Shown here: in pieces, positions 22,334 to 31,571 of the stretch | How the letters are laid out: each line of letters opens with the position of its first letter | Position numbering within the stretch: position 1 is the stretch's first letter | Assembly (NCBI GenBank): GCA_963665845.2 | Contig: OY762492.1 | Coordinates: 1,184,001 to 1,248,000 of the forward strand | DNA: 64,000 bases | Reading direction: 5' to 3' | Origin: Candidatus Poribacteria bacterium | Lineage (GTDB): Bacteria; Poribacteria; WGA-4E; GCA-2687025 | The notes under the pieces: model-generated | What the model saw: only the letters and a program-made list of their open reading frames with translations | What the model was told of the DNA's origin: nothing | Database searches by the model: none | Translations under genes and position numbers: made by a program

Positions 22334-23554
22334 TCATTCTGGTTCCTCGTCCATTTGAAGTTCGGGAAACGGGTTCCGGGCTTCTTCCCAGACCGCGCTG
22401 TCGGCGGCGGCGAGGCGTTCGTCAAGCAGGCATGCGTCGAGGCGAGCGCGTATCGCCGCTTCGGGCATCTGCTGCCCGATGAAAACGATCTGCTGCGCGC
22501 GATCGCCGAAGCGGGGATGCCAGTCCGGTTGCCGGTCTGGTCGTTGATCCTCTGGATGCTCCCAGTGTTCGCGAGGTACCGCCGCCCACCACATCCCAAA
22601 AGGTTCCACACTGCTGACGCCGCCAGCTTGCGCCCACTCGTAGACGACCCGATGGTCCGCGGCGACCCAAAAGAAGCCCTTCGAGCGAAGTACGCCGGTC
22701 CAGTTCTCGTCGTCATGCAGGAACTTCCACAGCTTCTCGGCGTCGAAGGGTTGAGACGTCCGATAGGTGAAGCTCGATATTCCGTATTCCTCAGTCTCCG
22801 GCGTGTGCTTACCCTGAAGCTCTCGAATCCAGCCGGCGGAGCTCTCCGCCTTCTCGTAGTCGAACAGGTTCGTATTGAGCACGTTTTCGAGCGGGACCTG
22901 TCCGCGCGTCGTCTTGAGGATCCGGGCGCCGGGGTTGAGCGCTTTCACGATAGCCTCGACCTTGAGCGCCTCATCACGGCTCACGAGATCAAGCTTGTTG
23001 AGCGCGATGACGTCGGCGAACTCGATCTGGTCGATGAGCAGGTCGGTTACCGTCCTGTGATCTTCTTCGCCCAGCGATTCACCGCGCGCCTGGAGCGTGT
23101 CGGCGGCGTTGTAGTCCTGCAGAAAGCTCGCTGTGTCAACGACCGTGACCATCGTGTCGAGACGCGAAACATGACTCAGGCTCACACCGTTCTCGTCCTC
23201 GAAGGTGAAGGTCTGCGCGATCGGAATAGGCTCCGAGATCCCTGTGGACTCAATGAGCAAGTAGTCGAAGCGATCCTCCTGCGCGAGCCGCAAGACCTCG
23301 GCGAGCAGGTCGTCTCGCAGCGTGCAGCAGATGCAGCCGTTCGTCATCTCGACCAGCTTCTCCTCGGTCCGGGAGAGTTCTGCGCCGCCGCGCTCAACGA
23401 GCGCGGCGTCAATGTTGACCTCGCTCATGTCGTTGACGATGACCGCGACGCGCATGCCCTCGCGGTTGTTAAGCGCGTTGTTGAGTAGTGTGGTCTTGCC
23501 TGCGCCGAGAAAGCCGGACAGGACAGTAACGGGAAGTTTCTTGGATAGGGACAT
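22334..23554 (-). CDS. COG0523 (CobW/ZigA-like) G3E metallochaperone GTPase
   Basis: GFLGAGKTT, GCICC, ESTG, NKLD, RSKGFFW, CobW_C domain. Confidence 0.95.
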   Translation of the reverse strand: MSLSKKLPVTVLSGFLGAGKTTLLNNALNNREGMRVAVIVNDMSEVNIDAALVERGGAELSRTEEKLVEMTNGCICCTLRDDLLAEVLRLAQEDRFDYLLIESTGISEPIPIAQTFTFEDENGVSLSHVSRLDTMVTVVDTASFLQDYNAADTLQARGESLGEEDHRTVTDLLIDQIEFADVIALNKLDLVSRDEALKVEAIVKALNPGARILKTTRGQVPLENVLNTNLFDYEKAESSAGWIRELQGKHTPETEEYGISSFTYRTSQPFDAEKLWKFLHDDENWTGVLRSKGFFWVAADHRVVYEWAQAGGVSSVEPFGMWWAAVPREHWEHPEDQRPDRQPDWHPRFGDRAQQIVFIGQQMPEAAIRARLDACLLDERLAAADSAVWEEARNPFPELQMDEEPE

Positions 23555-23630
23555 TTAGTTTCCTCACTAAAATGATGATATACAACAGCGAATCATTCAA
23601 ACCGACGGCGATTCGGTTTGCGATTGCGCT

Positions 23631-24677
23631 TCACCTGTTGCCCGTTCGCCAAACCGTCGCGCCGCCCTGAGCGTCAAGCGCCGCAAGCGCGCGTCCATCT
23701 GGTCGCCAGTACAAGGCGCTGACAGCGTCTGCCACAAGCGCAATTCCTGTCGGATTGCCTTGTCCATCGCGCCTGAGCGACCACACAACTACGCCGCCAT
23801 CCCGAGCTCCCGAAGCCAGGCGCATCCCGCGGCGAGCGAAGGCGAGCGTTGTGACAGGTTGAACATGAAGGTCCAGAACGCCGGGCCGCGCGCCTTCGGG
23901 ACCGCTTCCCCGAAAGCTCCAGACCGTCACCGCCTCGCTTCCGCCGGTGGCCAAAAGGGCTCCCGTGTCATCGAAAGCCAGAGCCGACGGTTTGCCAGGA
24001 TATCCGGACATCATGGAGTCCTGCTTCGTGGAGCGACGCCAGAAATGCACCGAGTTGTCCTGGCTGCCGCAGGCAACGATTTCCCCGTCCGGACTCAGCG
24101 CCATCGACACCAGGGAGCCTTTCCACTCCAGCTTCTGGCGACGTTCCCCCGTGGATGCGTCGAAGAACATCACTTGACCGTAACAGGCCGTTGCCAGCTC
24201 CCCTGCGCTGGACCAGGCGATCGCGCTGACGGTACTGGGATGATCATCAGATCGCCAGACCTCTCCGCCGTCGGCGCCATACGCGCAAACCTGCCGGGAG
24301 CAGGAGGCCGCCAGCCATTGGCCGTCCGGCGACCACGCCACGTTCTCCACCCAATCGCTGCCGACGTCGATAGCCTGTTTTACCTGACCTTCGGCGACAC
24401 TCCAGATAAGGACTCGTCCGTCCTGGCCAGCCGTAGCGAACTCGGTTCCGCTTGGGTGGATCGCCATCGCGAGCATGCCGCCATCATGAGCCCCCTGCCG
24501 GTCCCAGGCGCTTGCGCCGGACTTGCCGTCGAACGCGTAGATGCCGCCCGCGGCGTCGCCGACCGCCAGCGCCTCACCGCGGAGGGTCCAGCCCCCGGCG
24601 ATGGCGTAGTCGCCGACCACGGCAGACCAGCCCCGGCGAAGAACACCCTTTGGGCTGACGAGATTCAAATCAGACAT
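23631..24677 (-). CDS. WD40-repeat protein associated with COG0523
   Basis: WSPDG/LSPDG blades; lies between two COG0523 genes. Confidence 0.88.
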   Translation of the reverse strand: MSDLNLVSPKGVLRRGWSAVVGDYAIAGGWTLRGEALAVGDAAGGIYAFDGKSGASAWDRQGAHDGGMLAMAIHPSGTEFATAGQDGRVLIWSVAEGQVKQAIDVGSDWVENVAWSPDGQWLAASCSRQVCAYGADGGEVWRSDDHPSTVSAIAWSSAGELATACYGQVMFFDASTGERRQKLEWKGSLVSMALSPDGEIVACGSQDNSVHFWRRSTKQDSMMSGYPGKPSALAFDDTGALLATGGSEAVTVWSFRGSGPEGARPGVLDLHVQPVTTLAFARRGMRLASGARDGGVVVWSLRRDGQGNPTGIALVADAVSALYWRPDGRALAALDAQGGATVWRTGNR

Positions 24678-26011
24678 GCCTCGAATCCCTGCCGCATGCT
24701 CTGCTCATCGAGGTTGCGGCCGATGAAGACGAGCTGATTGCGCCGGGGCGAGTTCCCCCATGGACGCTCCGGCTGGCCGTCAAAGAGCATGTGAACCCCC
24801 TGGAAGACGAAGCGACGCGACTCACCCGCGAGGCTGATGAAGCCCTTCATTCGGAAGATGTCCACCCCGCGCTCGCGGAGCAGTTCGCCAAGCCAGACGT
24901 TGAGCCTTTCGGAATCTACGTCGCCGTCCATCTCGATCGCGAATGAGCCCACCTCGTCGTCGTGCTCGTGCTGTGCGACCCATGTGCGCTCAACCTCTTG
25001 CTTGATTGTCGCTCCTTCTGCGTTCATCAGTTGGAGATCGAACTCCTCCGCGGTGTGCTGGGCGTAGAAGCCAACCCGCATCTGCGTGTCGACCTCCAGG
25101 AAGAACGATTTGCGCCCTGCGGAATCGAGTTGGAGGTTCACATGTTTTCCGATAGGAATCTCTTCACCCGGGCGAATGAACTCCGCAGGTTCGGCGTACC
25201 GCCGCACACACCACTCGGCGCCCTCACGGAAGGCAGCGTCATCCGCGCCCTGGTCGGACACGGCAACGAGCGACATCGTCGGATCAGGTCCATCGGCGAG
25301 GCTGAGTTCGCAGCGGCCGATATCAAGCGAATAGACTCCAGTCCATTCGAACGGATACTCCGGCTCAAGGAAGGCGGGACGACGATCTAGCATCAGGTCC
25401 AGGTCGAAGGCGTCGAGGTTGAGTACCTTGTCCAGGGAGACGTTCGCCCGCTCGCTACGCACGACTTGCGCCATTCGGTTCATGCCCTGGATACGAGTCT
25501 CGATTCTGTCAAGCGCCTCGCCGTCAACGAGGTCCGTCTTGTTAAGAACAAGAACATCCGCGAACGCGATCTGTTCCGTGCTCTCGTCGCTTCGTCCGAG
25601 CTGCTGCTCGATGTGTGCTGCGTCAACGAGCGTGACGATCCCGTCAAGCGCGAACTCCGCGCGAATCTCGTCGTCCATGAAGAAGGTTTGAGCGACCGGA
25701 CCGGGATCGGCAAGCCCCGTGGTCTCAACCAACACGTAGTCGAACTTGTCTCGGCGCTTCATGAGGTTGCCTAGCACGCGAATCAGGTCTCCGCGCACCG
25801 TGCAGCAGATGCAGCCGTTCGACATTTCAAAGATCTCCTCGTCAGCATTGATGACGAGCTCATGATCGATGCCGACCTCCCCGTATTCGTTCTCGATCAC
25901 GGCAATGCGCTTGCCATGCTCCTCACTCAATATCCGGTTGAGCAGGGTCGTCTTGCCAGAGCCGAGGAAGCCGGTGAGGATGGAAACAGGTACTTTTCGT
26001 TGTGCGTTCAT
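24665..26011 (-). CDS. COG0523 GTPase with an internal inserted domain
   Basis: GFLGSGKTT, GCICC, ETTG, NKTD; roughly 130-aa insert before HEHDD and CobW_C (RMKG...FQGVH). Confidence 0.93.
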   Translation of the reverse strand: MNAQRKVPVSILTGFLGSGKTTLLNRILSEEHGKRIAVIENEYGEVGIDHELVINADEEIFEMSNGCICCTVRGDLIRVLGNLMKRRDKFDYVLVETTGLADPGPVAQTFFMDDEIRAEFALDGIVTLVDAAHIEQQLGRSDESTEQIAFADVLVLNKTDLVDGEALDRIETRIQGMNRMAQVVRSERANVSLDKVLNLDAFDLDLMLDRRPAFLEPEYPFEWTGVYSLDIGRCELSLADGPDPTMSLVAVSDQGADDAAFREGAEWCVRRYAEPAEFIRPGEEIPIGKHVNLQLDSAGRKSFFLEVDTQMRVGFYAQHTAEEFDLQLMNAEGATIKQEVERTWVAQHEHDDEVGSFAIEMDGDVDSERLNVWLGELLRERGVDIFRMKGFISLAGESRRFVFQGVHMLFDGQPERPWGNSPRRNQLVFIGRNLDEQSMRQGFEACLI

Positions 26012-26317
26012 CTAGTTCTCCTGGAGCAGAGGTACGAGTATTGAAATTTGGACGTCAAATCCCCACGCCGCGCAGACCTGAACCAGATCCTTGGCGTCAA
26101 CGGCGTCCATGGGTTTGTGCATCTTGCACTGAAGCGGCGGCGCATCCGGCCGAAGCAGGCAAATCACGGTTTCGACGGGCGCGCAACCTTCTTCGAGACA
26201 AGCCAGCTCAGTGACCGTGATCGCGATGTCATTGGAAAGGCTCCGCGCTTCGCGCAACGCCTCCTTGATGTATCGAACCCGTTCGCGGTCCGGGCGCCGC
26301 GGCGATGTGTTGATCAA
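26012..26317 (-). CDS. Small hypothetical protein with CxxxGC motif
   Basis: VTELACLEEGCAPVETVI; abuts or overlaps both neighbours. Confidence 0.75.
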   Translation of the reverse strand: MINTSPRRPDRERVRYIKEALREARSLSNDIAITVTELACLEEGCAPVETVICLLRPDAPPLQCKMHKPMDAVDAKDLVQVCAAWGFDVQISILVPLLQEN

Positions 26318-27738
26318 TAGGCGCTCTCCTTTGAAATGGGCGGCTTAACGCGCACGTTCGTCTCTCGGCCGTTGCTGCCAGCGAACTCAATATCGATCGG
26401 CAAGTCCTCTTTGTTGTTGCCGCTAAATTTGACGTTCAAGGCGCCGTTTTCACGCTTGATTTCAACATTCAAGCCGATTTCTTCCAAGAAATGCGTACCC
26501 TCCGAGAGAACGTATTCTTTCTTCTCTCCGCCCTTCGCGGCCGCCGAGAATCGAAACTCGTCCGTACTCAAAACTTCAGACAGGCTTTCTGACCGGCGTT
26601 GAAGGTTTTCCAATTTCTCGCGCCGCTCCTTCGTTTCGCCGTACAGCTCTATCAACAGCTCCTGACAGCGTACCGCCTTTTCATGCGGCAGCGCGCCTTC
26701 CAATTGCCGCTCGCCGTCTAAGCGTATGTATTCTGTCCACGCTTCCGCCTTCCCTTCGTATTGAGGTCCAAGTTCCTGGATCAGCATCTCCAGCTTATCG
26801 GCTGCCGGTTCCGTTTCCTCTTTCAGCGCCGCCATTTCGTCTTTCCACCGCTTCTTGAGACGCAGACGCCCCAGTTCTCTTTTGCAATTGGAGCAGTCGC
26901 AGAAGACCTCGATTCGCAGCTCTTGCCGCCGAATCGACTTCTTCGCTGACAGCTCGTTCAAGGCAAGTTCTCCGTCCAGGCGGATATACTCTGTCCACGC
27001 TTGCTCTTTCTTCTCATCGTATTTAGGACCGAGTTCTTCGACGAGCGCGTCCAGTTTCTTTTCGGCGGCTTTCTTGTCCGTTATCTTTTTCAAGGCGGCG
27101 CGCTCTTTTTTCCAGCGCACTTTGGCGCGCGTCCGTTTCAAATGCCTCCGGCGGTTTTTAGTGGGCCCGTAAAGATCGATTTGCAGTTCCGTCCGCCGAG
27201 CCGACTTTTCAAACTTCAGCCTTCCGTTCAGGGCGAGTTCTCCGTCCAGGCGGATATACTCCGTCCACGCTTGCTCTTTCTCCGCGTCGTATTGGGATCC
27301 GATCTCTTTGATGAGCGCATCCAGTTTCTTTTCGGCGGCGTTCTCATCCTCCATCTTTTTCAGGGCGTCTCTTTCTTTTACCCATCGCAGTTCGACGCGC
27401 GCTCGGTTCAGATCCCTGCGGCGCGTACCGTTTTCAGCGAACAGCTGGATGTCCAGCTCGCGGTAGACCACCAGCTCCTCCGCCGAAAGCCCTGGGATGT
27501 TCGGAAGCGTGTATTTGCCTTTCAGCTTGAGATACTCCGTCCAAACAGGGTCGCCGCCGCGGTATTTTTCGGCGAACTGCTCCGCCATGTCGTTCAGCTT
27601 TTTCTCCGCCTTCTCCCTGTCCGCTATCTTCCGCAGCTCATCCAGCTGGTCGCTGTAATCCCACAGGGCGTACACGACGCGGTGAAAGCCCGCGCGAAGA
27701 CGGCGCCCAAGCCCCCCCTGCGCATTCGATTCCATCAT
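26314..27738 (-). CDS. Hypothetical helical protein with four ~86-92 aa repeats
   Basis: Recurring WTEY(I/L)(R/K)L(D/K)G motif; ATGA coupling to the upstream gene. Confidence 0.75.
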   Translation of the reverse strand: MMESNAQGGLGRRLRAGFHRVVYALWDYSDQLDELRKIADREKAEKKLNDMAEQFAEKYRGGDPVWTEYLKLKGKYTLPNIPGLSAEELVVYRELDIQLFAENGTRRRDLNRARVELRWVKERDALKKMEDENAAEKKLDALIKEIGSQYDAEKEQAWTEYIRLDGELALNGRLKFEKSARRTELQIDLYGPTKNRRRHLKRTRAKVRWKKERAALKKITDKKAAEKKLDALVEELGPKYDEKKEQAWTEYIRLDGELALNELSAKKSIRRQELRIEVFCDCSNCKRELGRLRLKKRWKDEMAALKEETEPAADKLEMLIQELGPQYEGKAEAWTEYIRLDGERQLEGALPHEKAVRCQELLIELYGETKERREKLENLQRRSESLSEVLSTDEFRFSAAAKGGEKKEYVLSEGTHFLEEIGLNVEIKRENGALNVKFSGNNKEDLPIDIEFAGSNGRETNVRVKPPISKESAY

Positions 27739-28343
27739 CGGAACCGTTCCTCCTTCCAAGGATCGCCGTCCATATGGTAGCCGTTGCGTTCCCAGAAGCC
27801 GGGTTCATCGGCGGGCATGAACTCAATGCCGCGAAGCCACTTGGCGCTTTTCCATGCATACCGCTTGGGGACGATGGAGCGGAGCGGCCAGCCATGTTCA
27901 GGGTCGATGTTCTCGCCGTCCAGTTTGTAAGCGAGCAGGACATCGTCGTCCAGCAGAACCTCTAAAGAGACGTTTGTGGTGTATCCGCCGTCGCAGTGAA
28001 ACATGGCGAATCGCGCTTCAGGTTTCAGTTGAACATGTTTCATGATCTCGTGGATCGAGACGCCTTCCCATCGATTTTCCAGACGGCTCCATGTGGTGAC
28101 GCAGTGGAAATCGGCGGTCACTTCGATGGTCGGGAGCTGCATAAACTGCTCATATGTCCAGCGCGCCTGCTCTTCAACAAGCCCCCATACGCGGAAGTCC
28201 CACGTTTCAGGATCGAAGCTGGGCGTCGGTCCGTAAGTGAGGACAGGGAATTTGTCGGTGAGGTATTGTCCAGGGGGCGTTCGTTTGGCGGATTCTTCGA
28301 CCGATAAACCGGTGCGGGGAGACGGTTTTTTTCTGAAAAGCAT
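27735..28343 (-). CDS. Sulfite-oxidase-like molybdopterin oxidoreductase (YuiH/MsrP-like)
   Basis: PPGQ, DFHCVTTWS, EHGWPLR, YAWKSAKW, GFWERNGYH. Confidence 0.93.
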   Translation of the reverse strand: MLFRKKPSPRTGLSVEESAKRTPPGQYLTDKFPVLTYGPTPSFDPETWDFRVWGLVEEQARWTYEQFMQLPTIEVTADFHCVTTWSRLENRWEGVSIHEIMKHVQLKPEARFAMFHCDGGYTTNVSLEVLLDDDVLLAYKLDGENIDPEHGWPLRSIVPKRYAWKSAKWLRGIEFMPADEPGFWERNGYHMDGDPWKEERFR

Positions 28344-28378
28344 GCGTATCTCCTGACCTAATCTGGACTGCTTACTTT

Positions 28379-28407
28379 AGGATACAGCGGCGGCGGCGCA
28401 GGCGCAA
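28379..28407 (-). promoter_or_regulatory. sigma70-like promoter of the minus-strand oxidoreductase/COG0523 operon
   Basis: Minus strand TTGCGC-17 nt-TATCCT, 9 bp from the MITE left end. Confidence 0.45.
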
Positions 28408-28416
28408 CCCTCGCTT

Positions 28417-28606
28417 CTGACCTTACGTCTTTAGTTGGGACATGCCGACGGGCAAACGCGGACGTTGTCTGCGGCGCCTCTAGATTCCCGCTTGCGCGGG
28501 AATGCATGTCCTCGCGGAAGCGGGGAACGGTCTGGTTGGCGGCGCCTTTTTCCCATGAATAGAGCGATCGTCGGTTCAAATGTCCCAACTTTATGCATGA
28601 GGTCAG
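28417..28606. mobile_element. MITE family A, full length (190 bp)
   Basis: 27-bp imperfect TIRs ctgaccttacgtctttagttgggacat / atgtcccaactttatgcatgaggtcag; internal REP hairpin; no coding capacity; flanks do not form a TSD. Confidence 0.85.
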
Positions 28607-28684
28607 GGCGTTCCGCTTGAAAAATGGCGCGGGAGCGGTCATCATACTGATCAAATGTGCGGGCGAGATGAAAGGGCGGCTTGT

Positions 28685-29002
28685 ATGCGTTGGAAGTTAC
28701 TCGGCGCGGCGCTTCTGCTGGGAGCGATGACCCAGTGCGGAGGCGACATGGCAAACAACGGCAAGGCGAACGTGGAGGGGCGGCCGGCGTCGGCGTATGT
28801 GTACGAGTTTCGGACGCCGGAGGAGCTGCGCGAGTTCCGTTTCCCGACCGACGCGGTCGGCGCCGTCGGCTTTCGGTTGACCCGCATTGAAAAAGAGACG
28901 CAGGAGTTTCGCGCCGTTCCGTTTTTCAGCGAAGACGGACACCACGATCTGGACGACGATTTTGTCAACACCGAACTGATCCGCATCATCGTTTTTCGTT
29001 GA
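28685..29002 (+). CDS. Hypothetical protein, possible lipoprotein
   Basis: MRWKLLGAALLLGAMTQC signal-like N-terminus; ends 3 nt before tsaD. Confidence 0.55.
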   Translation: MRWKLLGAALLLGAMTQCGGDMANNGKANVEGRPASAYVYEFRTPEELREFRFPTDAVGAVGFRLTRIEKETQEFRAVPFFSEDGHHDLDDDFVNTELIRIIVFR

Positions 29003-29005
29003 CCG

Positions 29006-30013
29006 ATGGCTCTTCTTCTCGGCATCGACACCTCATGCGACGACACCTCCGCCGCCGTTGTAGAGAACGGGCGGAATATCCTATCGAACGTCGTCTCGTC
29101 GCAGGTTTCAACGCACGCGCAATTCGGCGGCGTGGTGCCGGAGCTTGCCTCCCGCAAGCATGCGGAGAACATCACACGCGTCATTGACGCCGCATTGAAG
29201 ACGGCCGGCGCAGAGCTGAACGATCTGGACGCGGTCGCCGTAACGAACCGCCCTGGTTTGATTGGCGCGCTGCTGGTCGGCGTGGAGGCGGCGAAGGCGC
29301 TCGCGTTTGCCCGTTCCCTTCCGCTCATTGACGTTCATCATATTGAGGGGCATATTTACGCGCCGTCGATGACGACGGATCTGCCGTTTCCGCATCTTTG
29401 CCTGACCGTGTCGGGGGGGCATACGCTTTTGGCGATGGTTGAGGCGGATTGGACGATGACGGAGATCGGCTCCACGCTGGACGACGCGGCGGGCGAAGCG
29501 TTCGACAAGACGGCGAAAATGCTCGGCTTGGGTTTCCCCGGCGGACCTGAAATTGACCGCCTCGCGCAGGAGAATCAGGAGACGCCTGTTACGTTTCCGG
29601 TCCCGATGCGCAATAAACCTGGGTACGATTTCAGTTACAGCGGTTTGAAAACGGCGGTGCGCTACTATCTTGAAAAACAGGGAGGGGCCGATTCCGCGTC
29701 CGCGTCGGCTGTCGCGGCCGGCTTTCAGGAGGCGGCGGTGGAGGCGCTGATCCATAAAACGTTTCGGGCGGCGAAAGAGACGGGCGTTCAGGCGGCGACG
29801 ATCACGGGCGGGGTGGCATGCAATTCGCTGCTGCGCCGGCGGGCCGCGGAGCGCGGAAAAGAGCTCGGCATTTTGACAGCGTATCCGCCCCCGGCGCTCT
29901 GCGTCGACAACGGGGCGATGATCGCCGGCATTGGATATGTCCGTTGGATACAGGGGCGGGAAGCGAGTCTCAACCTGTCCGCGGCGCCGAACGGGGAGCT
30001 GCCGAACCGGTGA
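29006..30013 (+). CDS. tsaD: tRNA N6-adenosine threonylcarbamoyltransferase
   Basis: GIDTSCDDT, GGVVPELASRKH, HHIEGH, SGGHT, DDAAGEAFDK, DNGAMIA. Confidence 0.97.
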   Translation: MALLLGIDTSCDDTSAAVVENGRNILSNVVSSQVSTHAQFGGVVPELASRKHAENITRVIDAALKTAGAELNDLDAVAVTNRPGLIGALLVGVEAAKALAFARSLPLIDVHHIEGHIYAPSMTTDLPFPHLCLTVSGGHTLLAMVEADWTMTEIGSTLDDAAGEAFDKTAKMLGLGFPGGPEIDRLAQENQETPVTFPVPMRNKPGYDFSYSGLKTAVRYYLEKQGGADSASASAVAAGFQEAAVEALIHKTFRAAKETGVQAATITGGVACNSLLRRRAAERGKELGILTAYPPPALCVDNGAMIAGIGYVRWIQGREASLNLSAAPNGELPNR

Positions 30014-30600
30014 ACGATCCTGTTCAAGAAGCGGCGCGGCGGCTGCGCCTCGGCGAGATCGTCGCCATGCCGACCGACACGGTGTACGGCGTCGCGGCGG
30101 ATCCGCGCAACCCCGAAGCGATTCGCAAGCTGTATGAGGCGAAACGGCGCGACTTGTCGAAACCGATACCGCTTCTGCTGTCAGACGTCTCGGCGATGGA
30201 GAACGTATGCGGCGCTCCATCGCGGACAGCGCGCCGTTTGGCGGAGCGTTTTTTCCCCGGTCCGTTGACGCTGGTCATGCGTCTCGCGGCGCCGTTTCCG
30301 CCGATACTGAACGCGGGAGGCGAAACCATCGGCGTCCGCGTCCCCGACCATGAGACGGCGCGCCGTCTCATACGGCAAATGGGCGGAGCGTTGGCGGTCA
30401 CCAGCGCGAATCTGTCCGGCAAAGCGCCCGCTTCTAAGGTTGAGGAGTTGGATCCCGCCTTTGAGAATCTGTTCGTTTTAGACGGCGGTCCGACAGGGGG
30501 CGTTCAGGCGTCGACGGTGGTGGATGCGTCGCGGGAGCCGCCGGTTATTTTGCGGGAGGGCGTTTTGCCGGTTTCTGCGGTCATGGATGCGATTCGATGA
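30010..30600 (+). CDS. tsaC: L-threonylcarbamoyladenylate synthase (TsaC/YrdC)
   Basis: PTDTVYG, K.R...KP, PGPLT, TSANLSG; GTG start overlapping the tsaD stop. Confidence 0.92.
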   Translation: MNDPVQEAARRLRLGEIVAMPTDTVYGVAADPRNPEAIRKLYEAKRRDLSKPIPLLLSDVSAMENVCGAPSRTARRLAERFFPGPLTLVMRLAAPFPPILNAGGETIGVRVPDHETARRLIRQMGGALAVTSANLSGKAPASKVEELDPAFENLFVLDGGPTGGVQASTVVDASREPPVILREGVLPVSAVMDAIR

Positions 30601-30613
30601 GTCGGTCGGTTTT

Positions 30614-30654
30614 AAAATAAAAAGCGCCGCGCAAGCTCGAAGCCGCGCAGCGCT
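30614..30654 (-). terminator. Putative intrinsic terminator of the Hsp20 gene
   Basis: GC-rich imperfect hairpin agcgc.gcgc...gcgc.gcgct followed on the minus strand by a T tract. Confidence 0.45.
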
Positions 30655-30674
30655 GTCGTGTCAGGGCGACTCGG

Positions 30675-31112
30675 TTATCCTTGCGTGACGACGATGTCGC
30701 GGGCGCGCAGACGCTCCAGTTTCGGCAGATGGACGCGCAGGACGCCGTCCTTGAAGGAAGCCTCCGCCGATTCCGCCTGGACGGAGGCGGGCAGCGTCAG
30801 CGAGCGTTTGAATTTGCCGTACTGCCGTTCGGCGTAGTAGACGTTCGCGTTCTCGTCGCCTTCCCGCTCCCATTTCTTTTCGCCGTCGATGTTCAGCGTG
30901 TTGTCCTTGACATTGACGCGCACATCCTCGGCGGCGATGCCGGGCAGCTCAACGGCGACATCCACCGCGTCGGCAGATTCGATCACTTCGACGGCGGGGC
31001 GCCATGCCTTATGCCGCGCCTGCGCGAAGAAGGACGGGAATGGAGCGAAAAAGTCGCCGAAATCGCTGAAGGACGGATGATTCGATTGTCTTACGTTCAG
31101 TTTCACGGGCAT
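30675..31112 (-). CDS. Hsp20/alpha-crystallin small heat shock protein
   Basis: PAVEV.E, ELPGI, ER.YGKF.RSLTLP, A.FKDGVL..LPK; SD aagga before 31112. Confidence 0.93.
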   Translation of the reverse strand: MPVKLNVRQSNHPSFSDFGDFFAPFPSFFAQARHKAWRPAVEVIESADAVDVAVELPGIAAEDVRVNVKDNTLNIDGEKKWEREGDENANVYYAERQYGKFKRSLTLPASVQAESAEASFKDGVLRVHLPKLERLRARDIVVTQG

Positions 31113-31303
31113 GCATGTTCCTTTCATGGTGGATCGCCCTTTCGGGTTTGGCTTTCTATAAGCAAGAACGGCGCCAACCATGACGGGCGGCGAAAGTCCG
31201 CCTACTGCGCGGATTCTGTCAAAAGGCGTTTGAGCGGAACGGCGCCATTTTGACATACAGCAATCAATATGGCGCCGAAACGGCCGTTCCCGACCGCATA
31301 CGG

Positions 31304-31492
31304 CTGACATCAAGTCTTAAGTTGGGACATGTCGGCGGGCGAACGCGGACGGTTTCGGGGTAGACTCTGGATTCCCGCTTGCGCGGGAATGCATGCCCTC
31401 GCGGAAGCGGGGGACGGTCTGGTTTGCGGCGCCTTTTCCCATGAATAGAGCGATGGTCGGTTCAAATGTCCCAACTTTACGCATGAGGTCAG
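31304..31492. mobile_element. MITE family A, full length, with 6-bp target-site duplication ATACGG
   Basis: TIRs ctgacatcaagtcttaagttgggacat / atgtcccaactttacgcatgaggtcag; atacgg at 31298-31303 and 31493-31498. Confidence 0.9.
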
Positions 31493-31501
31493 ATACGGCG
31501 C

Positions 31502-31530
31502 TTGACAGACGCATCGTTCAGCGTTAAACT
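31502..31530 (+). promoter_or_regulatory. sigma70-like promoter of the rpmG-moaB operon
   Basis: TTGACA-17 nt-TAAACT. Confidence 0.65.
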
Positions 31531-31571
31531 TGCATCGCATTCAACCATCGACTGAAAAGAAGGAGCGCACA

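Noticed and set aside
22247-23488. Long plus-strand ORF (413 aa) and similar long antisense ORFs (e.g. 29108-30220, 32467-33609, 49670-50596)
   Set aside because: Antisense shadows of well-supported genes in high-GC DNA, with no recognisable motifs
23555-23630. Possible Zur box upstream of the second COG0523 gene
   Set aside because: AT-rich, but no convincing palindrome matching Zur consensus sequences I know
31130-31300. CIRCE or ROSE heat-shock element upstream of Hsp20
   Set aside because: No TTAGCACTC-N9-GAGTGCTAA and no clear ROSE motif near the SD
31317-31514. Similar short ORFs (MRKVGTFEPTIALFMGK...) here and at 28431-28754 and 51591-51779, suggesting a small-protein family
   Set aside because: They are translations of the MITE sequence, with inconsistent starts and stops
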